The translations under genes were made by a program, and so were the position numbers. The notes under the pieces were generated by a model that worked only from the letters and a program-made list of their open reading frames with translations, was not told where the DNA came from and made no database searches. Shown here in pieces: positions 1-8,909 of a DNA stretch of 64,000 nucleotides. Source of the stretch: a candidate division WOR-3 bacterium. GTDB lineage: Bacteria > Hydrothermota > 32-111. The stretch covers positions 160,001-224,000 of the forward strand of contig JBDRZU010000001.1 of assembly GCA_039804105.1 (NCBI GenBank), given 5' to 3'. Position 1 is the first letter of the stretch, and each line of letters begins with the position of its first letter.

Positions 1-4
1 GGAA

Positions 5-1588
5 TTGGTTCAAAATTCAATAGATGCCTTTTCATCCAGTATAACAGTTTCTATTAATAAGGGGGGAAAAGAACTAATCAATGTGATAGATGATGGTGAA
101 GGGATGGATCGAGAGGATCTGATTTTTGCAACGAAAAAACATGCAACAAGTAAAATCAATACGATCGATGATCTCAAAAACTTGAACACTTATGGTTTCA
201 GAGGAGAAGCATTATATTCAATAGGTCTTGTATCAGAGTTGTTTATAGAATCAAAAGTTAAAGAGGATGAGATTGGAAACTCGATAAAGATAGATTCTGG
301 AAATCTTATAGGGATAGAAAAATCATCGATTGAAAAAGGAACGAGTATTGTTGTAAGAGATCTTTTTAAAAATATTCCAGCAAGAAGAAAATTCTTAAAA
401 TCTGATCTTTATGAACAGAAAAAGGTTGAAGAGGAATTCATTTACCATTCTTTAGCAAATCCTGAGATAAATTTTAGACTCATAGTTGATGGTCACATCG
501 TTTACAATTTAAAATCAAAAGATTTGAAGGAAAGAGTTAAAGAATTGAAAGGTGAAAATTTTGTGAAAAATAGTTTTCTTTTGGACTATTTTGAGAAGGG
601 CATACGTGTTAAAGGTTTTGTTGGGAATCCAAATCTTTTCAACGATTTAAAATATAAAGTTAGTATCGTATTCGTAAACAGAAGGTTTATAAATTTCCCT
701 CAGATAAAAAAAGCAATTTTTAGTGCTTTTGGAACTCAACTGAAAAAAGGATTCACTCCGTATATCGTTTATATAGAGATATCACCCGAACTTGTTGATT
801 TTAATGTCCATCCGATGAAAAAAGAGGTTAAATTTTCTTCGGAGAATGATCTTTTCTATGTTGTGAATCGAGCTGTCAGGAGTGGACTGATTGTTGATAA
901 AAAATTGATTGAAATTGAAAAAAAAGAGAGCAATGTTGATTTTTCAAAACCGGATATTTTTGTAAGAGAGGAAAAACTTTTTTCAGAGGTTGATTTTTAT
1001 CTTTCTGAGAAAAAAAATGTGGTTCAGGGCCAGGAAAGTTCAAAATTCTGGCAGTTTCAGAATTCATACATTTTTGCTTCAGTTAAAAATAAACTTTATA
1101 TAATTGATCAGCATGCTGCAGCCGAAAGGATTGCCTATGAAAAACTTTTGAAAGAGAAGTCAAAAATTACTTCTCAGAAACTTTTATTTCCTTTTACTCT
1201 GAGATTGAATTCAGAAGTTTATATTTTTATAAATGAAAATATCGACAGGTTTGAAAATTTAGGTTTTTCGATAAGGGTTTTTGATAATAACAAAATTCTT
1301 GTTGAATCTATTCCTTCGATAATAGAAGAGGATTTCAACAAAGAGGATTTTGAACAATTTGCCAATGAAATCTATAATGTTGGTTTTGGAACAGAATTTG
1401 ATGAAATTTTAAAAATCATAGCATGTAAATCCTCAATAAAAGCAGGAAAAAAGTTAAATGTGAATGAGATGGAAGAGATATTCAATCAACTTTTCGGTTG
1501 TGAAAATCCTCACTCGTGTCCTCATGGAAGACCGACTTTTATCATTTTTGAAACAGATGATTTTGAAAGATGGTTCAAAAGAAAATAG
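5..1588 (+). CDS. mutL: DNA mismatch repair protein MutL (5' truncated by window edge)
   Basis: GHKL motifs (NSIDA, DDGEGM, TYGFRGEAL), DFNVHP, C-terminal DQHAAAER and CPHGRP endonuclease motifs. Confidence 0.97.
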   Translation: MVQNSIDAFSSSITVSINKGGKELINVIDDGEGMDREDLIFATKKHATSKINTIDDLKNLNTYGFRGEALYSIGLVSELFIESKVKEDEIGNSIKIDSGNLIGIEKSSIEKGTSIVVRDLFKNIPARRKFLKSDLYEQKKVEEEFIYHSLANPEINFRLIVDGHIVYNLKSKDLKERVKELKGENFVKNSFLLDYFEKGIRVKGFVGNPNLFNDLKYKVSIVFVNRRFINFPQIKKAIFSAFGTQLKKGFTPYIVYIEISPELVDFNVHPMKKEVKFSSENDLFYVVNRAVRSGLIVDKKLIEIEKKESNVDFSKPDIFVREEKLFSEVDFYLSEKKNVVQGQESSKFWQFQNSYIFASVKNKLYIIDQHAAAERIAYEKLLKEKSKITSQKLLFPFTLRLNSEVYIFINENIDRFENLGFSIRVFDNNKILVESIPSIIEEDFNKEDFEQFANEIYNVGFGTEFDEILKIIACKSSIKAGKKLNVNEMEEIFNQLFGCENPHSCPHGRPTFIIFETDDFERWFKRK

Positions 1589-2427
1589 AACTTTTACTCG
1601 GGGAGACAGCATCTGGTAAAACTGAATATTTAAAGGAAAGATCTAAAAAAGAAAATTTTGTAGTTTTCAATTGTGACTCAAGACAGATATACAAATTTCT
1701 TGATATAGGTACAGCAAAACCTGATAAAGAATTTTTGGGTAAAGTTTTTCATTACTTTGTAGATATTGTTGAATACGATCAAAAATTTTCAGCAGGAGAT
1801 TTTTTAAGAAATTTTAATGACTACTTAAATAGAGAGGACAGAAAGATAATTTTAAGCGTTGGAACACCATTCTATCTGAATTCGATTATTTACGGACTCG
1901 ATGATATTCCAGAAGTTTCAAAGGAAACAAAGGGAAAGGTACAATTAATAATGAAAGAAAAGGGACTTTCTTACCTTTATGATCTTTTGAATAAAGTGGA
2001 TCCGCAGAGAGCACAGGAATTAAACAAAAATGATAAACAGAGAATAACAAGGGCAATTGAAGTGTACTTTGAAACTAAAAAACCGATAAGTTCTTTCTAC
2101 AGGAAGAGAAAAAAAATCGGTTTTAAAGTTGAAAAAATGGAATATCTTTATAGGGACAAAAAAGAATTACAAGAAAGGATAGTTAAAAGGGTTGAACGAA
2201 TGGTTTTTTCAGGACTTGTTGAGGAAGTAGAAAAAATAAAAGTTTTGTATGGGGAAGAGATTTTTTATGAAAAACCTGTTATAGGTTATTTTGAAACATT
2301 TGAGTATATTAAAGGTCTTATATCGAAGGAAGAGATGAAAGAAAAAATTGTAAAAAACACTCTTTCACTTGTAAAAAGGCAGAGAACATTCTTTAAAAAA
2401 ATTATAAAGGACTTGAACCAGCTTTAA
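1570..2427 (+). CDS. miaA: tRNA dimethylallyltransferase
   Basis: GETASGKT, DSRQIYK..DIGTAKP, KRQRTFF; canonical position after mutL. Confidence 0.95.
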   Translation: MVQKKIELLLGETASGKTEYLKERSKKENFVVFNCDSRQIYKFLDIGTAKPDKEFLGKVFHYFVDIVEYDQKFSAGDFLRNFNDYLNREDRKIILSVGTPFYLNSIIYGLDDIPEVSKETKGKVQLIMKEKGLSYLYDLLNKVDPQRAQELNKNDKQRITRAIEVYFETKKPISSFYRKRKKIGFKVEKMEYLYRDKKELQERIVKRVERMVFSGLVEEVEKIKVLYGEEIFYEKPVIGYFETFEYIKGLISKEEMKEKIVKNTLSLVKRQRTFFKKIIKDLNQL

Positions 2428-2450
2428 ATATTATTGATTTTAAAAAGATG

Positions 2451-2478
2451 TTGACAAAATTATTCCTTTTAATATAAT
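2451..2478 (+). promoter_or_regulatory. sigma70-type promoter
   Basis: TTGACA-16nt-TATAAT; AGGAG SD precedes ATG at 2504. Confidence 0.75.
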
Positions 2479-2503
2479 AAAACCTAAAAACAGGAGTAAA
2501 CAG

Positions 2504-3097
2504 ATGAAAAAATTTCCATTTTTAGAAATAGCGATAGTAATAGCAACAGCAATTCTTCTTTATATTTTAATATATCCAGGATATGTTAAAAATAAAGAAA
2601 CCAACAATAATTACAGTATGATTTCTAATATTTACGCTTTAAGAGCAGCATACGAAAAATATGTAGCCCTTGATAACAACGGAGAACTACCTTCAAAGAT
2701 CGAAAACAAAATATACCAATATTTAAAAGAGTTTAATGTAAAAAATCCATACACAAATGAGGAATACAAAGAAGGTGATATAAAAATATATAACCTTGAA
2801 AACACCCTTGATATAGTTGATAACACTCTTTCTGGAAAACATGGGTCACAGAGAGGAACCCCGGGGACTTTTGCTATAGGATTTTTTATCCCGGATCTTA
2901 CAACCTACAATGAACTTGTTAACAAACCAAACAAAACCAAAGATGAAATAAAGAAATTAGAGTCGATAAAACTTGAAGTGAAAAAGTATACTGTTATAGG
3001 ATTCAATCAGGACTCCATTCCTGTTACAACGAAAGATATGACAGGTGAACGATTGGAAGTATTTTTCCTTCAAGGAGAAAAGACATCTACTGATTAA
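2504..3097 (+). CDS. Pilin/pseudopilin-like membrane-anchored protein
   Basis: N-terminus KKFPFLEIAIVIA.. resembles a type IV pilin F1..E5 helix; later KNPYT motif. Confidence 0.5.
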   Translation: MKKFPFLEIAIVIATAILLYILIYPGYVKNKETNNNYSMISNIYALRAAYEKYVALDNNGELPSKIENKIYQYLKEFNVKNPYTNEEYKEGDIKIYNLENTLDIVDNTLSGKHGSQRGTPGTFAIGFFIPDLTTYNELVNKPNKTKDEIKKLESIKLEVKKYTVIGFNQDSIPVTTKDMTGERLEVFFLQGEKTSTD

Positions 3098-3918
3098 TAT
3101 TTTTCAATATCAACTTTTTCTATCTTATCTTTTAAATCGATCTTGAGAAACCTGTAAACTATTTTTGTAAAGTTTGCAGGTATATCTGAAAGATAAAGTT
3201 TTATATCTCCAGAAGATTCTTTTGAATTTTCAAGATAGTTATCTTCAAGTATATGTTTAACTGTTCTTGCGGTTTGTCTTGCAGAATTTACTATCGAAAT
3301 TCTTTTACCGCAGATTTTTGATATTTCCTTTTCAAATAATGGGTAGTGCGTACATCCAAGGATTAGAGTATCAATATTTTTGTTTATGAGTTCCGTTAGA
3401 TAATTTCTCAATACCAGTTTTACGATCTCTCCTTTGAAGAAACCTTCTTCAGCGAGAGGAACAAGTAGTGGAGTCATCTTTGAAAAAACTTTTATCTTAG
3501 GATTGAACCTTTTTAAAACTTTTCTGTATGATCCTGAACCGATTGTTGCTGGAGTTCCTATGACCCCAATTTTTAAATTATTTGTTATCTGTGAAGCGTA
3601 TAGAGCGTTTGGTATGAGAACGTCCACGAATGGTATTTTTTTATACTTAGATTTTAGTATATCCATTGCGTTTGATGAAACTGTATTGCAAGCAACTACT
3701 ATTAATTTTACATCTTTGTGAAGTAAAAAATTTGTATCCTGCAGAGCATACTTTTGAATTGTTTCAACAGATTTGATTCCATATGGAACCCTTGCAGTAT
3801 CACCAAAATATATTAAATCCTCATGTGGTAATACCTTTCTTATCTCTTTCAGAACTGTCAGTCCACCAATTCCTGAATCGAAAATCCCTATAGGTTTATT
3901 TTGTAAATTTTTTTTCAT
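3094..3918 (-). CDS. murI: Glutamate racemase
   Basis: FDSGIGGLTV, VACNTVS, LGCTHYP motifs. Confidence 0.97.
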   Translation of the reverse strand: MKKNLQNKPIGIFDSGIGGLTVLKEIRKVLPHEDLIYFGDTARVPYGIKSVETIQKYALQDTNFLLHKDVKLIVVACNTVSSNAMDILKSKYKKIPFVDVLIPNALYASQITNNLKIGVIGTPATIGSGSYRKVLKRFNPKIKVFSKMTPLLVPLAEEGFFKGEIVKLVLRNYLTELINKNIDTLILGCTHYPLFEKEISKICGKRISIVNSARQTARTVKHILEDNYLENSKESSGDIKLYLSDIPANFTKIVYRFLKIDLKDKIEKVDIEKY

Positions 3919-5356
3919 GTTCCTTTATAAAATCCCTTATACCTTCAAATATTACCTGAGTGAGTTCATCCCTGTAACTTTTGTTGTTTAATTTTTTTTC
4001 CTCTTCTTTGTTTGAAATGTAACCACATTCTATAAGTATCGCTGGCATGAAATTCCCTTTTAAAACATAGAAACCTGCCTGCTTTACTCCTCTTTCAGAA
4101 TCCTTAAATTTTTTTTCATATTTTGTTTGAATAAGTTCTGCTAATCTCGATGATTCATTTAAAAATTCATTCTGAGCTAAATCAAAGAATATAAAATCCA
4201 ATCCTTTTTTTTCTGCTTCTGGCAGATCAAATGTAACTGAAGCGTTTTCTCTTGCCTCTACAGCTCTTTCCCAGTCGGTTTTTGCTGTTGAAAGGAAGTA
4301 TGTTTCAAATCCTTTTGACTCAACGTTTTTAGATGCATTGCAATGTATTGATACAAAAAGCGCATTTTTGTATTTATTTGCAAAATTTGTCCTTTCCTTG
4401 AGAGAGAGAAATCGATCGTCATATCTTGTTAAAACCACATCAATATAACTCAAATTTGATTTTATTTTTTCTTTTAACCTTAACGATATATCAAGATTTA
4501 GATTTTTTTCTTTTGTTCCGTTGTATCCTATTGCACCTGGATCTTTTCCGCCGTGTCCTGGATCGATTATAATAGTTTTGATAGTTTGGGGTTCATTTTT
4601 GTTATCATTTTTTTTCAATTTGATGAAATTTATTTTTATCGAATCCTCAAACATAAAAAGAGTATCGAATAAAAATTCTGGAGAAAATGTGATTATATAT
4701 GTTGAGCCATCACTATCGTTGATCGGTTCGGCAACTCTTATGAGATTTTTTGAGTTTTTAAATTTAAAAGAATCCTCATGGATAAAACAATTTTTAAAAA
4801 ATAGTATCAAGTCCCTTTGAGTTAACTCATAATCGGTTTGCGGAGTTTTGTTGAAAAGGAGTATGATACTGTTTTCGTTTTCTTTGATTTTTTTTAAATA
4901 TATTTTTTCAAAATATTTGATGCTATAATCAGAATAGGATGTATTTTCTGGTAACAGTTTTTCGAATATTTGTTTTATACTTTTGACTGGCAGAAAGATC
5001 TGTTGATCTCTGATAATGGGAGTGTAAGATATTTTATATGTGGAACCACCTATTTTTACATAGGGTGAATTTATAAGTAATATAGCATAATTCCTGTTGG
5101 TTTCGATCGTGATCTCTTCCTGAACCTTTTTAAATTTTATTTTGCCGTTGATGGAGTTAATAAAGATGTTTAGATCGATATATTCTATGTTATCAAACCT
5201 CGCTATCTCTATGGAATCCGATATTCCATTTTTTATGATTTCAAAAAAATCCTCTGGATAAATATTTTGTGAAATTAGGATGAAAGCCAGAAGTAAAAAA
5301 AGTGGCCTAACAAAATTACCTATATTTTTTAAGATCTCTTGAAATCTCTCTTTCAT
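3896..5356 (-). CDS. N-acetylmuramoyl-L-alanine amidase (Amidase_3)
   Basis: IDPGHGGKDPGA, SIHCNA, ILIECGYISN; N-terminal hydrophobic segment; exact start uncertain. Confidence 0.93.
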   Translation of the reverse strand: MKERFQEILKNIGNFVRPLFLLLAFILISQNIYPEDFFEIIKNGISDSIEIARFDNIEYIDLNIFINSINGKIKFKKVQEEITIETNRNYAILLINSPYVKIGGSTYKISYTPIIRDQQIFLPVKSIKQIFEKLLPENTSYSDYSIKYFEKIYLKKIKENENSIILLFNKTPQTDYELTQRDLILFFKNCFIHEDSFKFKNSKNLIRVAEPINDSDGSTYIITFSPEFLFDTLFMFEDSIKINFIKLKKNDNKNEPQTIKTIIIDPGHGGKDPGAIGYNGTKEKNLNLDISLRLKEKIKSNLSYIDVVLTRYDDRFLSLKERTNFANKYKNALFVSIHCNASKNVESKGFETYFLSTAKTDWERAVEARENASVTFDLPEAEKKGLDFIFFDLAQNEFLNESSRLAELIQTKYEKKFKDSERGVKQAGFYVLKGNFMPAILIECGYISNKEEEKKLNNKSYRDELTQVIFEGIRDFIKEHEKKFTK

Positions 5357-5771
5357 AATCTTTTCTCTTAATACTCTCTTTTTTGTCGTACAACTTTTTA
5401 CCTTTACATAAAGCGACTTTAATTTTTACTAAATTCCTTTCATTTAAGTATACTTCAATAGGTTTTAAAGTCAAACCTTTTTCTTCAACCTTTCGTAACA
5501 ATCTTTTGATCTCATTTTTATGCATAAGGAGTTTTCTTTTTCTTTTTGGATCGATGTTTGTATGTGTTCCAAATGGATTTTTGTCGATCGTCATATCATG
5601 AACAAAAATTTCGATTTTTTCTTTATCTATTTTACAGTATGCTTCTTTTATTGAAAATGCACCTTTTCTTATCGATTTAACTTCATCTCCTTTTAACACG
5701 ATTCCAGCCTCAAATTCCTCTAATACTTCGTAATCGAAAAAAATTTTCTTATTTTTTTGTAAAATTTTCAT
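5316..5771 (-). CDS. smpB: SsrA-binding protein
   Basis: NKK..FDY, EAGIVLKGDEVKSIR, RKLLMHK, GKKLYDK. Confidence 0.96.
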   Translation of the reverse strand: MKILQKNKKIFFDYEVLEEFEAGIVLKGDEVKSIRKGAFSIKEAYCKIDKEKIEIFVHDMTIDKNPFGTHTNIDPKRKRKLLMHKNEIKRLLRKVEEKGLTLKPIEVYLNERNLVKIKVALCKGKKLYDKKESIKRKDYEREISRDLKKYR

Positions 5772-7924
5772 CTTAGTTTCAAAAATTTTAAAACCGGTTT
5801 GTCCTCAACGAGAACGAAGAATAGTCCATTCTTCAATCTTTTTACATCAACATATTCTTTTGCATTGCATTCGAAAATAGTTTTCCCTGAGATATCTATG
5901 ATCTTTACATGTTTCTGGATATTGTCATTAAACCTTATCAAATTACAGGTCGAATCAAAAATCACTTTTTCATAGTTCATATCTTCAGGATAGAATGAAA
6001 AGTTTATCGTTTTTTCAGTTTGTCCACTATAAGAAATAAAATCTATTTTGTAACTTGATTTTTCTTTAAAATTTTTATCTTTCAAAACAACAGTTTTTCC
6101 GAATTTTGAACAACTATCTATAAATTTAAAGTTATCGTCTATACTTTTATAGAGTTTTATCTCTTTATAATCTTTATCAATCCTTATAGTGACAAAGAGT
6201 GTTTCATCTATTTGTTTACAAAAATAGGAAAGTTCGTTCAAACCCTGTAAATCTGTCGAATCTATAACAAGCCAGTATGTAGTGTTCAATAAGAGTTTCC
6301 TTGAAACACCTTCGTTCCACCCATCGTACAAAAGATCAGAAGGATTACCTGTTCCATCATCAAAGGGAGATGAATCCCCACATCCTGCGACTTTCCCTTT
6401 TCCATATCTTGAAATAGTTAACATAGAATAATTTGTTCCGTAAAGTGCAATCGCTGTTGATTTTAAAGATTTTGGTATCATTGTCCCGGCGTGAAAATAA
6501 AAGTATCCAGAAACTTGACCGAATGGGCCGTTTGTTATTGTATCATTTGCTGTTGAATATATATTTGTTGAATCTGAAATATTGTTATATCCTTCTCCAA
6601 CTTGCTGAAAATGTATTCCAAATGAATCTGAACCGAAATCCTGCCATATTTCAGGTGAATCCCACCCATCTCCATCTCTGTCGGATGATACATGGTCTGC
6701 AATCATAAAAAGTGATCCTCCATCTCGTATGTAATTGAAAATATTTGTTTTTTCTGTTGATGTGAAAGGATTTTGTGGTTCACAGACCACATAGAGATCA
6801 AAATTTTTCAGATCAAGTGGACTTGATGAATTATATCTAATAGGAGAATCTGGTGGTAATGTAAAAACCTGAAAAGTGATTATCTCGCCAGTTGTTGAAT
6901 TGGTTATGTATGCGGTATCAAGTTCAAATCCCCATGCTGATATTGCTCCATCCCAATCGGTTTCATTTGTTGGATTCTGAGGGAGGGGAGTTGGATAATT
7001 CCTATCGATTACCCAATCAGCGTTTCCTGCTGTTTGATTTTTTGTATAGTCGAATAAAACTTTTTTTACTTTTGCTGGAAGAGAAATGGTATAAGAAAAT
7101 GTCGAACTTACAGTTCTGTTGTTTTCATTATCCTTTGCTATTATGAAATAATCAACTGTTCCAGATGTTTGTGGTGGAATTGTAAAAAACCTTTTGGAAA
7201 CTTTAACACTGTCATGAAAAACTGTTGACCAGATTCCACCGTTAACTCTGTAATATAATGAATCTGTTGAAACTGAAACATCATCTGTAATATCAGCTGA
7301 AACAGTAACTATATCAACTGGTGTTACAGTTGTTGGTATCCTTTGAACATTTGTTATTACTGGAGATGAAGTTGTTGAAAGTGTATCACCAAAATAAACT
7401 GAATCTATATAGATTGTTCCGTTTCCTGTAAAACCGGTTAGATCATAAAATCTAAATCCAACTCTTACATAGTAACAGTTTGCAGGAGTTGTGATGAGTG
7501 TTTCTGGAAAAAATTGCCATAAGTTTGAATTCCCAACAGAATCGAGAGTAAAATTGTTTGAAAGAAAAGTGTATGTTGAACCATAATAGTTTAGATAAAT
7601 TTTTGCATATAGATATTGATCATTATCGTAAACATAAGATTTTATTCTGTACACTTTATTTGGTAGAACTGGAATGTATTCTGATACAATATCGGTAAGA
7701 GACTGATTTTTTGTGAAAATATTTGCTTTTAAACTGTAATTTCCTGAAAATGAAAATGTAGATTTTTCGATAAAAAAGGAGTCGGGAAACAAAGAATCTG
7801 GAAACCAGTTCAAAGGATGATTATTATCAGCCCAGTTTTCAAAATCACTGTTCAAAAGAAGGTTCGATTGAAATGAGAAAATAAAACATATAAAAATTGA
7901 TAAAATCAAAAAAAATTTTTTCAT
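5768..7924 (-). CDS. Secreted multidomain protein with T9SS-like C-terminal sorting domain
   Basis: Signal peptide; carbohydrate-binding-like N-terminus (LLNSDFENW); Ig-like segment; KVLFD..TAGNADWVID domain; C-terminal IIDISGK..LKNGLFFV. Confidence 0.6.
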   Translation of the reverse strand: MKKFFLILSIFICFIFSFQSNLLLNSDFENWADNNHPLNWFPDSLFPDSFFIEKSTFSFSGNYSLKANIFTKNQSLTDIVSEYIPVLPNKVYRIKSYVYDNDQYLYAKIYLNYYGSTYTFLSNNFTLDSVGNSNLWQFFPETLITTPANCYYVRVGFRFYDLTGFTGNGTIYIDSVYFGDTLSTTSSPVITNVQRIPTTVTPVDIVTVSADITDDVSVSTDSLYYRVNGGIWSTVFHDSVKVSKRFFTIPPQTSGTVDYFIIAKDNENNRTVSSTFSYTISLPAKVKKVLFDYTKNQTAGNADWVIDRNYPTPLPQNPTNETDWDGAISAWGFELDTAYITNSTTGEIITFQVFTLPPDSPIRYNSSSPLDLKNFDLYVVCEPQNPFTSTEKTNIFNYIRDGGSLFMIADHVSSDRDGDGWDSPEIWQDFGSDSFGIHFQQVGEGYNNISDSTNIYSTANDTITNGPFGQVSGYFYFHAGTMIPKSLKSTAIALYGTNYSMLTISRYGKGKVAGCGDSSPFDDGTGNPSDLLYDGWNEGVSRKLLLNTTYWLVIDSTDLQGLNELSYFCKQIDETLFVTIRIDKDYKEIKLYKSIDDNFKFIDSCSKFGKTVVLKDKNFKEKSSYKIDFISYSGQTEKTINFSFYPEDMNYEKVIFDSTCNLIRFNDNIQKHVKIIDISGKTIFECNAKEYVDVKRLKNGLFFVLVEDKPVLKFLKLR

Positions 7925-7959
7925 TTTACACTTACCTTATTTATTTTTTTATTCATTTT

Positions 7960-7989
7960 ATTTTATACCGATAAAAAAAGAATTGTCAA
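7960..7989 (-). promoter_or_regulatory. Probable sigma70 promoter for the leftward operon
   Basis: Minus strand TTGACA (7989-7984) followed 16-18 nt later by TATAAA/TAAAAT. Confidence 0.5.
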
Positions 7990-8048
7990 GTAAAATTGGA
8001 TATTGATTTTTTGACAAATTGTTATAACATTTAAAAAAAGGAGTATAT

Positions 8049-8906
8049 TTGAAATCTATAGATGTTTATCTTTATTTGAGATTTTCAAAAGACGAAAAAG
8101 AGGATAAAAAAATTGAAGAGAAAGTTCAAAAATTTTTAGATGAACAAAAAATTTACAGAGTGATAAAAAGGTTTACAGATGATCCTGATTCTGAGGATCG
8201 TGGACTTGCTGAACTTTTTAACTATGCACGAGTGAACGAAAGTGTTAAGAAGGTACTCGCATATTCAAGAGAGAATATTTCTCCTGATGATATTTTTACT
8301 ATGTGGGTTGAAAAGGAACTGATCAAGTATGGTGTAACTGTAAGATACATTGATGAAAAAATATCGGATTCTATCGATTATGAAATTTTAAGGGAAAAAA
8401 TTATAGGTGCTTTTGCAAGGTATGAAAAAGAAAAACTTCCAAACAAACTCGCTGCACATAGAGTTTTAAGAACAGTTGAAAAAAGATTAAAATCGAGTGG
8501 TAATTGTCCGTTAGGTTATAAATATGTTGGGAAAGTCAACGATAAAAGAATAGTTGTGGTAAAGGAAGAAGCAGAGATAGTTAAACTTATCTTCAACAAA
8601 TATTTAGAGTTCAAATCTCTTGGTCGATTAAAAGAATATCTTCAGAAGAACAATATAAGGACAAAAAGGGGGAAAATTTTTTCAAGACAGGCATTGTACA
8701 ACATTTTAACAAACAAGTTCTATATAGGTTTTTTGTCATACAACTATTATAAGTATATTGAAACCGAAAAAAACAAGAGGAAACCTGTTTTAATCGAGGA
8801 AAGAAGAGTTGAAGGTAAACATGAGAGGATCATCGATAGAGAAATTTTTGAAGAGGCGAACAGAATACTTGAAGAGAACAACAAACATAAAAACGATCTT
8901 ATTTGA
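8049..8906 (+). CDS. Serine recombinase-family protein (resolvase + recombinase domains), catalytically degenerate
   Basis: [44 protein letters not shown] start after AGGAG; DRLxR motif absent. Confidence 0.85.
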   Translation: MKSIDVYLYLRFSKDEKEDKKIEEKVQKFLDEQKIYRVIKRFTDDPDSEDRGLAELFNYARVNESVKKVLAYSRENISPDDIFTMWVEKELIKYGVTVRYIDEKISDSIDYEILREKIIGAFARYEKEKLPNKLAAHRVLRTVEKRLKSSGNCPLGYKYVGKVNDKRIVVVKEEAEIVKLIFNKYLEFKSLGRLKEYLQKNNIRTKRGKIFSRQALYNILTNKFYIGFLSYNYYKYIETEKNKRKPVLIEERRVEGKHERIIDREIFEEANRILEENNKHKNDLI

Positions 8907-8909
8907 TTA

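Noticed and set aside
5316..5771. tmRNA gene near smpB
   Set aside because: Flanking genes overlap smpB; no tmRNA-like ends seen
7984..8017. TGTCAA..TTGACA dyad upstream of the recombinase-uvrA operon as an SOS box or att site
   Set aside because: More simply explained by divergent -35-like hexamers; does not match a LexA box I recognise
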